Assembly: GCA_965217585.1 (NCBI GenBank)
Contig: OZ244561.1
Coordinates: forward strand, 1,137,424-1,201,423
Reading direction: 5' to 3'
From: Candidatus Latescibacterota bacterium
GTDB taxonomy: Bacteria > Latescibacterota > UBA2968 > UBA8231
DNA length: 64,000 nt
In this document: piece after piece, positions 53,400-61,179 of the stretch
How the letters are laid out: every line of letters starts with the position of its first letter
Position numbering within the stretch: position 1 is the first letter of the stretch
The notes under the pieces: generated by a model
The model's input: the letters and a program-made list of their open reading frames with translations, nothing else
Databases searched by the model: none
What the model was told of the DNA's origin: nothing
Made by a program: the position numbers and the translations under genes

Positions 53400-54398
53400 T
53401 CAGCGCCGGTTCCCCCCCTCGGGTCCGATCTCGCCCGTACCCACCCCAACGCCCGTGAGCACCTCGCTGTAGCCGGGATAGGTGACGGCGTATTGGAATC
53501 CCTCGTTGGTGCCCGCCGCGCCAAAGCGGCCCTGCTTGTCGAGCGCGACGAAGTTGAGGTGCAACTCCTCGACCGGACGCGGGTCGAGCGCGATGATGCG
53601 GCGGATGGTCTCGACGCAGGCTTCCTCCGGGTGCAGCCCCTGGCGCATGTACTCGACCGCGAGGAAAGTGGCGCAGTAGCGCATGACATTTTCGCCCAAA
53701 CCAGTGGCCCCGGCCGCGCCCACGCCCCCAGCGACGTACAAGCCGCTGCCGATGATCGGCGAGTCGCCGACGCGGCCCGGCAGCTTGTAGCCCCAGCCAC
53801 TGGTCGAGCAGCCGCCAGCGATCCGCCCCTCACCGTCGAGTCCAAGTAGAGCGATAGTATCGTGATTGTCGGCCGCGCCCTGCTTTTCCCGCCATTCCTC
53901 CCACGCCTTGCGCCTTTCTTCCGTCAGCAAATCGACGCTGGCAAAACCCTGCTCCAGCGCGAACTGCCGCGCACCTTCGCCGACGAGCATGACGTGCTTG
54001 GTCTCGTCCATCACCCGGCGCGCCACCGAGATCGGGTGCAGGATTCCCTCGATAGCGGCGACGCTGCCGGCGCGTTGCCCCTCGCCGTCCATAATGCAGG
54101 CGTCGAGTTGCACCACGCCCCGGGCGTTGGGTATGCCCCCCAATCCCACGGATGCATTGGAGGCGTCGGCTTCGGCGACGTGGATGCCGCGCTCGACCGC
54201 GTCGAGGACCGAGCCGCCCTGTTCGGCGATCCGCAGCGATTGTTCGTTGGCGGCTTTGCCAAAGGGCCACGTAGAAATAAAGAGGGGACGAGCAGTGTTC
54301 ATGGGAATGTCCTTTTCCGCGCGCGCCGTCCCGGCGAGGGCTAGGCCGCCGGCGGCTAGTGCGGTCTCGCGCATGAAGCGACGGCGACTCAGCGGCAT
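53400..54398 (-). CDS. Ntn-hydrolase asparaginase-2 family (glycosylasparaginase / isoaspartyl peptidase-like), Tat signal
   Basis: Tat motif MPLSRRRFMRETALAAGGLALAG. The autoprocessing region is HDTIALLGLDGEGRIAGGCSTSGWGYKLPGRVGDSPIIGSGLY. Confidence 0.85.
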   Translation of the reverse strand: MPLSRRRFMRETALAAGGLALAGTARAEKDIPMNTARPLFISTWPFGKAANEQSLRIAEQGGSVLDAVERGIHVAEADASNASVGLGGIPNARGVVQLDACIMDGEGQRAGSVAAIEGILHPISVARRVMDETKHVMLVGEGARQFALEQGFASVDLLTEERRKAWEEWREKQGAADNHDTIALLGLDGEGRIAGGCSTSGWGYKLPGRVGDSPIIGSGLYVAGGVGAAGATGLGENVMRYCATFLAVEYMRQGLHPEEACVETIRRIIALDPRPVEELHLNFVALDKQGRFGAAGTNEGFQYAVTYPGYSEVLTGVGVGTGEIGPEGGNRR

Positions 54399-54401
54399 GG
54401 C

Positions 54402-54911
54402 CTAATCCTCGTCGGCACCCTCATGGTGTTCATCGCCATCCTCGTCGGCACCGTCATGGTGACCATCGCCATCCTCGTCATTATCATCGTCGTCCTCCTT
54501 ATAGGCGATGGCGGCGATCTCGACGCGAAAGTCGAAGACGATCTGCGCCCCGCCGGTGCAGGCCCGCGCCGGGAATTGCTCTTTAAAGTGGGAAGCGTAT
54601 GCCTTGTTCATCTCGTGATAATCTTCAATGTCCGCAAGCCAGACGGTGACGTTGACCAAATCATCGTACGCATAGCCGTGTTCTTCAAGTATCCGCCCGA
54701 TATTTTCCATGATCTGGTGGGTCTCGGCCGCGACCGACTCCTTGACGTCGGCACCATCGGCCGTGCGGGCGATCTGGCCGCTGATGAAGAGAAAGTCGTC
54801 GGCTTGGCGGGCCGGGCTGAAGGGCAGCTTCTTGAGCGGCACGGCCTCTTGGGCAAAGACTGGCGAGACGGCGAGCGCACACGCGAGCGCGGCGCGGATA
54901 CAGCTTTTCAT
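54402..54911 (-). CDS. RidA/YjgF family protein with a signal peptide and an acidic His-rich C-terminal tail
   Basis: Signal peptide MKSCIRAALACALAVSPVFAQ. The RidA core is LFISGQIA...NVTVWLADIEDYHEMNKAY...ARACTGGAQI. The tail is ...DGDGHHDGADEDGDEHHEGADED. Confidence 0.8.
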   Translation of the reverse strand: MKSCIRAALACALAVSPVFAQEAVPLKKLPFSPARQADDFLFISGQIARTADGADVKESVAAETHQIMENIGRILEEHGYAYDDLVNVTVWLADIEDYHEMNKAYASHFKEQFPARACTGGAQIVFDFRVEIAAIAYKEDDDDNDEDGDGHHDGADEDGDEHHEGADED

Positions 54912-55043
54912 AAGGTATCTCCTGGTGTCGAGTTAGACCTGTTAATAAGCTCAATGGGACATGCGGCGACAACCGGCGCGGGTCGCCGATGCGAGCCGGG
55001 CCAGCATTCTTTCTACTTGAAATAACGACGTTACTGTATTTTA

Positions 55044-55072
55044 TTGACAGAGATATGGTCCGCGCTTACTTT
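55044..55072 (+). promoter_or_regulatory. Possible sigma-70 promoter at the left edge of the low-G+C island
   Basis: TTGACA (55044-55049), 17-nt spacer, TACTTT (55067-55072), about 50 nt upstream of ATG 55124. Pattern match only. Confidence 0.25.
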
Positions 55073-55123
55073 TATGCTGCACAGAATTTCACCGTTATCA
55101 CCCCGATTAAGGAGCTCTCAATT

Positions 55124-55327
55124 ATGACTGAATCGACCTCCCTCGACCACGGCGAGCGCATCGGCCGCCTCGAAGGTATCATCGAACAAATTAACGAGCG
55201 CCTCAACAGCATAACCCGTCGCCTCGATAGCCTAGAAAGCAACCACCGTCGAGACTTTCGCTGGCTCATCGGCCTTCAGTTGGCTACTTGGGGCACGATA
55301 GTAGGTTTGAAACTATTTGGTGGATAG
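55124..55327 (+). CDS. Small tail-anchored coiled-coil protein
   Basis: RBS AAGGAG. 67 aa with a coiled-coil segment IGRLEGIIEQINERLNSITRRLDSLESN and a C-terminal TM helix. Same architecture as 14992..15384. Confidence 0.5.
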   Translation: MTESTSLDHGERIGRLEGIIEQINERLNSITRRLDSLESNHRRDFRWLIGLQLATWGTIVGLKLFGG

Positions 55328-55339
55328 CCGCCACATCAT

Positions 55340-55933
55340 TTGAAACCTGACGATTGCAAGTTGTTAAAGACGCTTAAAGATATAGCCCGCGTCCAGATGG
55401 GCCTTTCCTTTCGTTCTCGCATTGAGCCGGAAGCGGATGGGACTGTTGCAGTCATTCAGATGCGCGACTTGACCGAGGATAATAAATTGAGCCACCGCAA
55501 TCTGATCACTATTAAAATGAGCGGCCTCGGCGACCGCCATTTGGTCAAACGCAGAGATTTGATTTTTCGCTCCAGAGGGCAGACCACTACGGCGGCAATT
55601 ATTGATACGGAAATAGGTCCGGCGATTGTCGCAGCCCCTCTATTGAGAGTCCGAGTTACGAGCAAACACGTCCTACCGGAGTACCTGTGCTGGTTCGTCA
55701 ACCAGCCGCTAGCGCAGGCGTTTTTGCACAGCAGAGCTACCGGGACGGCGATGACTGTGATTGGCAAGTCCGCCCTCGATGATTTGGAAGTGCCCCTGCC
55801 CGATCTTGAAACTCAAGAGCAAATCGTCGCCCTGGCCGATTTGTCAAATCAAGAGCAGAGGCTGATGAGGGAGTTGGCGGAGAAGAAGGAAAAACTAGTC
55901 AACGGGATTCAGATGCGATTGGCAACTAAATAG
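55340..55933 (+). CDS. hsdS: Type I restriction-modification specificity subunit, half-size (single TRD)
   Basis: A TRD-like body followed by the conserved helix LPDLETQEQIVALADLSNQEQRLMRELAEKKEKLVNGIQ. Lies 12 nt upstream of hsdM. The start (TTG 55340) is uncertain. Confidence 0.7.
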   Translation: MKPDDCKLLKTLKDIARVQMGLSFRSRIEPEADGTVAVIQMRDLTEDNKLSHRNLITIKMSGLGDRHLVKRRDLIFRSRGQTTTAAIIDTEIGPAIVAAPLLRVRVTSKHVLPEYLCWFVNQPLAQAFLHSRATGTAMTVIGKSALDDLEVPLPDLETQEQIVALADLSNQEQRLMRELAEKKEKLVNGIQMRLATK

Positions 55934-55945
55934 GAGCAGCAAGAT

Positions 55946-57496
55946 ATGAGCGATCAGATCCAACAGAAAGACATCAACAGCGCCGCTTGGGCGGCCTGCG
56001 ACACCTTTCGCGGGGTAATGGATGCGGCTGGATACAAAGATTACATCCTCGTGATGCTATTCCTCAAATACATCTCCGATGTCTGGAAAGACCACTACGA
56101 GGAATATCAAGAAAGATACGGCGACAACGATGAGCGCATCCGGCGCAGGCTGCAAAACGAGCGCTTTGTCCTGCCAGAAGACAGCAGCTTTTACGACCTC
56201 TATAAACAGCGCTCGGAAGCCAACATTGGCGAACTCATCAATATCGCGCTGGAGGCGATTGAAACGGAGAACAAAGAGAAACTGGAAGATGTTTTCCGCA
56301 ATATAGATTTCAACAGCGAGGCCAATCTCGGCAAAACCAGAGACCGCAATCGCCGCCTGAAAATGCTGCTGGAAGATTTCAATAAACCCGAATTGAACAT
56401 GAGCCCCAGCCGCGTTTCAGAAGACGTCATCGGCAACACCTACATCTACCTAATCGAGCGTTTCGCCTCCGACGCGGGCAAAAAAGCCGGCGAGTTCTAT
56501 ACGCCGCACAAGGTGTCGGAGCTGGTGGCGCGACTGTGCGCTCCCAAGCCCGGAGCCCGCATCTGCGATCCCGCCTGCGGTTCTGCGGGGCTGCTGATTG
56601 AAGCGGCCCGGCTGGTGGGCGGCAGGGACTATGCCCTGTACGGCATGGAGGTGAACGGCAGCACTTGGGCACTGGCGCGGATGAACATGTTTCTGCACGG
56701 TGCCGACTCCGCCCGCATCGAATGGTGCAACACCCTTACCTCCCCGGCACTGGTGGAAAACAACCAACTGATAAAGTTCAACAACGTGGTCGCCAATCCG
56801 CCGTTTTCGCTCGACAAGTGGGGCGCAGAAGACGCCGATGCGGACCCGTACAACCGCTTTTGGCGCGGGGTGCCGCCCAAATCCAAGGGGGACTATGCTT
56901 TTATCAGTCACATGGTGGAAGCGGCTTTGGAAAAAGAGGGGCGGGTTGCGGTGGTGGCTCCGCACGGGGTTTTGTTTCGGGGCGCTGCTGAAGGGCGCAT
57001 TCGCCAGCAGCTCATTGAAGAAAACTTGCTCGATGCCGTCATCGGCTTGCCCGGCAATCTGTTCCCCACAACCTCGATACCGGTGGCCGTTTTGGTCTTT
57101 GACCGCTCGCGTGAACAAGGAGGCGCGAACGAGAACCGCAAAGACGTTCTGTTTGTCGATGCAAGCCGCGAATATCAGGCGGGTAAGAATCAAAACACCT
57201 TGCTAGACGAGCACCTCGAAAAGATCACCGCTGCTTATGAAAAACGCGAAGATGTGGAAAAATACGCCCACCTCGCCACCCTTGAGGAAATCGCGGAAAA
57301 TGACTTCAACCTGAACATTCCGCGCTACGTGGACACCTTTGAGGAAGAGGAGGAGATTGATATTGATGCGGTGGGAAGAGAGATCGACCAGTTGGAAAAG
57401 GAATTGAGTGTGGTGCGTGGGGAAATGGGGAGGTTGTTGCAGGGGATTGATCGGGGGGAAGGTTTAGGACAGATTGATAGGATCTCGACCCTATGA
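55946..57496 (+). CDS. hsdM: Type I restriction-modification N6-adenine DNA methyltransferase subunit
   Basis: HsdM_N-like N-terminus. Motif I is DPACGSAGLL. Motif IV is VVANPPFSLDKW. Confidence 0.95.
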   Translation: MSDQIQQKDINSAAWAACDTFRGVMDAAGYKDYILVMLFLKYISDVWKDHYEEYQERYGDNDERIRRRLQNERFVLPEDSSFYDLYKQRSEANIGELINIALEAIETENKEKLEDVFRNIDFNSEANLGKTRDRNRRLKMLLEDFNKPELNMSPSRVSEDVIGNTYIYLIERFASDAGKKAGEFYTPHKVSELVARLCAPKPGARICDPACGSAGLLIEAARLVGGRDYALYGMEVNGSTWALARMNMFLHGADSARIEWCNTLTSPALVENNQLIKFNNVVANPPFSLDKWGAEDADADPYNRFWRGVPPKSKGDYAFISHMVEAALEKEGRVAVVAPHGVLFRGAAEGRIRQQLIEENLLDAVIGLPGNLFPTTSIPVAVLVFDRSREQGGANENRKDVLFVDASREYQAGKNQNTLLDEHLEKITAAYEKREDVEKYAHLATLEEIAENDFNLNIPRYVDTFEEEEEIDIDAVGREIDQLEKELSVVRGEMGRLLQGIDRGEGLGQIDRISTL

Positions 57497-57771
57497 GCTT
57501 GCGCTTTGAGTGGGATATCAATAAGGCAACTGCTAACGTGGCAAAGCACAATGTGAGTTTTGCAGAAGCAGCCACTGTATTTCGCGATCCAATTGCTGCT
57601 ATTTTCGATGATGAAGCTCACTCAAACGAGAAACGTAGAGAATTCATCATTGGACATTCCGATAAGAACCATTTGCTTTTAGTATGCTTCTCTGAGCGAG
57701 ACGATGCCATCCGCATTATCAGTGCTCGGCAAGCAACAAGGAGGGAACGCCAAGATTATGAAGAATACTGA
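57493..57771 (+). CDS. brnT: BrnT-family type II toxin
   Basis: The segment FEWDINKATANVAKHNVSFAEAATVF...RIISARQATRRERQDYE is the BrnT signature as I recall it. ATGA overlap with the hsdM stop. Confidence 0.85.
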   Translation: MSLRFEWDINKATANVAKHNVSFAEAATVFRDPIAAIFDDEAHSNEKRREFIIGHSDKNHLLLVCFSERDDAIRIISARQATRRERQDYEEY

Positions 57772-57997
57772 ATCCGTTAAACAGACCGCTGGCGCAGCGG
57801 ATGAGATGCGAGATGAATACCAGTTCGACTACAGTAAGGCGAAGCCCAACCGCTTTGCGGACAAAATTGGACGCGAGCAGTTGATGGTCGTTCTCGATCA
57901 AGACGTCGCGGCTGTATTCAAGACTCCTGAATCTGTTAACCAAGTACTGCGAGCGATTATCACCTCAATGCCAATCGCGGAAAAAGGAGATAGCTAA
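57758..57997 (+). CDS. brnA: BrnA-family antitoxin
   Basis: Overlaps the brnT 3' end. The sequence is ...DEYQFDYSKAKPNRFA...VVLDQDVAAVFKTPESVNQVLRAII. The start at ATG 57758 follows AAGGAGGGA. Confidence 0.75.
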   Translation: MKNTESVKQTAGAADEMRDEYQFDYSKAKPNRFADKIGREQLMVVLDQDVAAVFKTPESVNQVLRAIITSMPIAEKGDS

Positions 57998-58009
57998 AAA
58001 AATAAAAGC

Positions 58010-58402
58010 ATGAGACGACGAGAAGCCCGCCTCATTTTGGGTGTAGCTGAGGACGCCACCACAGAGGCGATAAAGTCGGCGTTTCGCCGCTATGCCCTCA
58101 AGCATCACCCCGACCGCAACCCGAACAACCCGGTTGCCGAAGAGGCATTTAAGAAGGGTGCTCATGCCTATCGCTTGCTGACGGGACAGGAGGGGACCGA
58201 TCTGGATGAATTGTTAGAGCAGTTTGACGATATAGAGCAGGCCCTCGACCAAATGAAGCAGTCCTTTGACGAATTTGGAAAAAATATGTCAGAAGGACTC
58301 GACCGGATCGAAACCAAGATGTCCCGCATGTTTAAGTGGACCATCTTCTTGATGATTTTCACGACCCTATCGTTGGTTCTTCTCATTCTGCTCGATTTCT
58401 GA
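58010..58402 (+). CDS. J-domain (DnaJ-like) protein with a C-terminal TM anchor
   Basis: The J-domain is ILGVAEDATTEAIKSAFRRYALKHHPDRNPNNP, with the HPD motif. The C-terminal helix is WTIFLMIFTTLSLVLLILLDF. Confidence 0.75.
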   Translation: MRRREARLILGVAEDATTEAIKSAFRRYALKHHPDRNPNNPVAEEAFKKGAHAYRLLTGQEGTDLDELLEQFDDIEQALDQMKQSFDEFGKNMSEGLDRIETKMSRMFKWTIFLMIFTTLSLVLLILLDF

Positions 58403-58538
58403 TTTTGGTCTTCGCTGTTCTGTGTCAGAAGCATAAAAAGAAAGGGATCCTCAGACGACGCAGATAATCCGTCAGTCCCGTGAAAGGGGGGCGAGAGGCC
58501 GGACTTGGGCAGGTACAGATAGCAGGAGGAGTAACGGC

Positions 58539-59333
58539 ATGGGCAAGAAACCCTCAAAAAATCTTACCATCCGCAATAGCACGGCGGAGTTTCTGATCTT
58601 CACCCGTCAGTCCGGCAGGGGAGGAATTGAGGTTCGCTATGAGGATGAGACTATCTGGCTGACGCAGAAACTGATGGCGGAGTTGTTTAGCACGGCAAAA
58701 TCCACCATCAGCGAACATTTGGGCAATATCTACGCCTCTGGAGAACTGACTAAAAACTCAACTGTTCGGAAATTCCGAACAGTTCAAAGGGAAGGAAATC
58801 GCGATGTTGAACGAGATCTGGATTACAACAGGGACGCGCCGACCACCCGCGAGTTTTTCGCCAGAGTGCAAAACAAGCTGCATTATGCCATTCACGGCCA
58901 TACTGCGGCGGAATTGATCCAACAGCGAGCCGATGGAAAAAAGAAAAACATGGGATTGACCAGTTGGGAAAACAGTCCCGACGGCAAAATCCTGAAGTCT
59001 GATGTGTCTGTCGCCAAAAACTACCTATCGAAAGAAGAGCTGGAATCTCTTGGGCGGATCGTCAACGCCTATATTGACCTCGCCGAAGACCGGGCACAGC
59101 GCAAAATTCCGATGACGATGGAGGACTGGTCAAAACGGCTCGATATATTTCTCGAAGCTTTTGACCGTCAGATACTGCAAGACAGCGGACGAGTCAGTGC
59201 CGAGATTGCCAAGACCCATGCCGAAAGCGAGTTTGAGAAATACCGGGTTGTTCAGGATCGTTTGTTTGAATCTGATTTTGATAGAGAAACCAAGAGACTG
59301 GAACAGCAACTGAGCCGAAAAGACGGGGGGTAA
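58539..59333 (+). CDS. RhuM-family protein, apparently with an internal in-frame deletion
   Basis: The N-terminus NSTAEFLIFTRQSG...IEVRYEDETIWLTQKLMAELF and the C-terminal half TREFFARVQNKLHYAIHGHTAAELI...MGLTSW match RhuM. The central block normally between ...YNLD and IDYD... is missing. Confidence 0.75.
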   Translation: MGKKPSKNLTIRNSTAEFLIFTRQSGRGGIEVRYEDETIWLTQKLMAELFSTAKSTISEHLGNIYASGELTKNSTVRKFRTVQREGNRDVERDLDYNRDAPTTREFFARVQNKLHYAIHGHTAAELIQQRADGKKKNMGLTSWENSPDGKILKSDVSVAKNYLSKEELESLGRIVNAYIDLAEDRAQRKIPMTMEDWSKRLDIFLEAFDRQILQDSGRVSAEIAKTHAESEFEKYRVVQDRLFESDFDRETKRLEQQLSRKDGG

Positions 59334-59336
59334 GGG

Positions 59337-59423
59337 ATGAGTAGGAAGACGGCGAAAGAAGATGCGTTGCCGAAGAGGTGGCGAGAAGTGAGTTTTCAAA
59401 GAGACAATTTTATTGGAAATTAG
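59337..59423 (+). pseudogene. hsdS: 28-codon relic of an hsdS 5' end
   Basis: MSRKTAKEDALPKRWREVSFQRDNFIGN* contains the conserved HsdS N-terminal LPxxW(x)xV(x)L/F motif (compare 60362: VLPKEWRSVRL). Stop at 59421-59423. Confidence 0.45.
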
Positions 59424-59454
59424 CATAGATACACTCAGCGGAAAGGACAGAGAC

Positions 59455-59883
59455 ATGAGCAAGAGACCTTCAGAAAATCCTGCCGGGATTGTCCATGAGC
59501 CCAATGTCTTATACCGTCGAAAAGAGAGACTTACCTGGGGCCATATTATCCCCAACTACTACTCGTGGCCGATGGACAATATCCCGACCGTCACTACCCG
59601 CAAGCGCGGCGATGAGGCCATCACCTACGACACAACCAAGTTGGATTCGATATATGAGCCTATGATCTGTCGGAATACGATCATACGGACTGAGATTATC
59701 TCTAAGGCCAGAGTCTCAGATGATCGTGCGGACAGGCTTGTACAACTATTGCAGTCATGGATAGACGAGGGGGATGAAGAAGAACAGCGAGAAACGCTTG
59801 AATATCTCATTCACGCTTTGGATGAAGATCGGCTATCCAACCGCAAGCTGTTCCCAAAGGAACTGAAAGGAAAGAGTTGGTAA
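59455..59883 (+). CDS. Putative antitoxin partner of the PIN toxin (start uncertain)
   Basis: The C-terminal ...RLVQLLQSWIDEGDEEEQRETLEYLIHALDEDRLSNRKLFPKE resembles antitoxins paired with PIN toxins. The stop overlaps the PIN start. Alternative in-frame starts are 59572 and 59662. Confidence 0.5.
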   Translation: MSKRPSENPAGIVHEPNVLYRRKERLTWGHIIPNYYSWPMDNIPTVTTRKRGDEAITYDTTKLDSIYEPMICRNTIIRTEIISKARVSDDRADRLVQLLQSWIDEGDEEEQRETLEYLIHALDEDRLSNRKLFPKELKGKSW

Positions 59884-60326
59884 GCCAGACCGTACTACTC
59901 GATAGTGGCCCCCTCGGTCTACTAACCAATCCAAATGTATCGGAATCGGCCACACAATGTGTAAAATGGCTTCAAAAGGTGGCAACTAGCGGCGCGACAG
60001 TGATGGTGCCAGAGATAGCCGATTACGAGATTCGGCGTGAGTTACTTAGAGCAAGAAAGACCGAAGGTATTAGGCGGCTTGACAATCTCATTTCTCAAAC
60101 CGATTACTTAGCGATCACGACTACTGCTATGCGCCAAGCCGCTGATTACTGGGCTGAGGCTCGTCAGCAAGGTCGAGCAACGGCAGATGATAAAGCACTT
60201 GATGGCGACGTGATCTTAGCAGCGCAAGCGGTAACACTAGATCGAGCAAATGTAGTTATCGCAACGACGAACGTAAAGCACCTGTCTCGTTTCACTCAAG
60301 CGATGCTTTGGTCCGATATCGGTTAG
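59877..60326 (+). CDS. PIN-domain (VapC-like) toxin
   Basis: VLLDSGPLGLL (first acidic residue), VPEIADYEIRREL, LDGDVILAAQA and VIATTNVKHLSRF. TTG start overlapping the upstream stop. Confidence 0.8.
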   Translation: MVSQTVLLDSGPLGLLTNPNVSESATQCVKWLQKVATSGATVMVPEIADYEIRRELLRARKTEGIRRLDNLISQTDYLAITTTAMRQAADYWAEARQQGRATADDKALDGDVILAAQAVTLDRANVVIATTNVKHLSRFTQAMLWSDIG

Positions 60327-60361
60327 AAATTTTGAACAGTTCAAAAGGGATTTTGTAGAAG

Positions 60362-61162
60362 ATGATAAAAAATGACGTATTGCCGAAGGAATGGCGGTCT
60401 GTGAGGCTAGCGGATGCTTGTGAGGTCATTGTTAGCTCTGTTGACAAAAAGACCGTCGATGGGGAATTACCCGTCCAATTATGCAATTACACAGATGTTT
60501 ATTACCACAACGATATTGGTTGTGATATTGACTTCATGGCTGCTACAGCTAAACCTTTAGAGATAGAAAAATTTTTGCTTATTGAAGGTGATGTAATCAT
60601 TACCAAAGATTCTGAAACACCTGATGACATTGGTGTTCCTTCCTATGTTAAAGAAACCATCGATAATCTGTTATGCGGCTATTATTTAGCAATTCTTCGA
60701 CCAAATAAGCAAACGATAGGAAAATATGTTTGTTATGCCTTGACTTCTCCGAGAGTAAAATATGATTTTTATAGATTTGCTAATGGAATTACACGCTTTG
60801 GACTTACAACAGAATCCTATAAAAAAATTAAGATACCACTCCCTCCACTATATGAACAGAAAGCCATTGCGTCTTTACTGGAAACATGGGATACGGCGAT
60901 AGAGAAAACCGAATCACTGATCGCGGCGAAGGAGAAGCAATTTAAGTGGCTGCTGAAAACTCTTATTAGCGACCAACAGGATAATCCTGAATGGCGAAAG
61001 GTGAAGCTGGAGGAATTAGGTGCAATTCATTCTGGCGGAACGCCATCAACTCAAGATAGCAGCAATTGGAATGGAGATATTTTTTGGCTCACTCCATACC
61101 GCACTCAAAAACGTGGCCTGATGCAGAAATTGCTGACGGGAAAATGGCGAATAAGGAATTAA
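60362..61162 (+). CDS. hsdS: Type I R-M specificity subunit with most of TRD2 deleted
   Basis: N-terminus VLPKEWRSVRLADA. TRD1, then central helix LPPLYEQKAIASLLETWDTAIEKTESLIAAKEKQFKWLLKTLIS. TRD2 begins (WRKVKLEELGAIHSGGTPST...GDIFWLTP) but jumps after ~35 aa to the distal conserved end (RGLMQKLLTGKWRI). Confidence 0.8.
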   Translation: MIKNDVLPKEWRSVRLADACEVIVSSVDKKTVDGELPVQLCNYTDVYYHNDIGCDIDFMAATAKPLEIEKFLLIEGDVIITKDSETPDDIGVPSYVKETIDNLLCGYYLAILRPNKQTIGKYVCYALTSPRVKYDFYRFANGITRFGLTTESYKKIKIPLPPLYEQKAIASLLETWDTAIEKTESLIAAKEKQFKWLLKTLISDQQDNPEWRKVKLEELGAIHSGGTPSTQDSSNWNGDIFWLTPYRTQKRGLMQKLLTGKWRIRN

Positions 61163-61179
61163 AGCACAGGGTGATGAGT

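Noticed and set aside
54912-55123. Looked for a tRNA, attachment-site repeat or integrase at the left border of the low-G+C island.
   Set aside because: I could recognise no cloverleaf-like sequence, no direct repeat and no recombinase ORF. Only a weak promoter-like pattern was found.
56450-57193. 247-aa minus-strand ORF inside hsdM.
   Set aside because: It is antisense to a gene with unambiguous methyltransferase motifs (DPACGSAGLL, NPPF).
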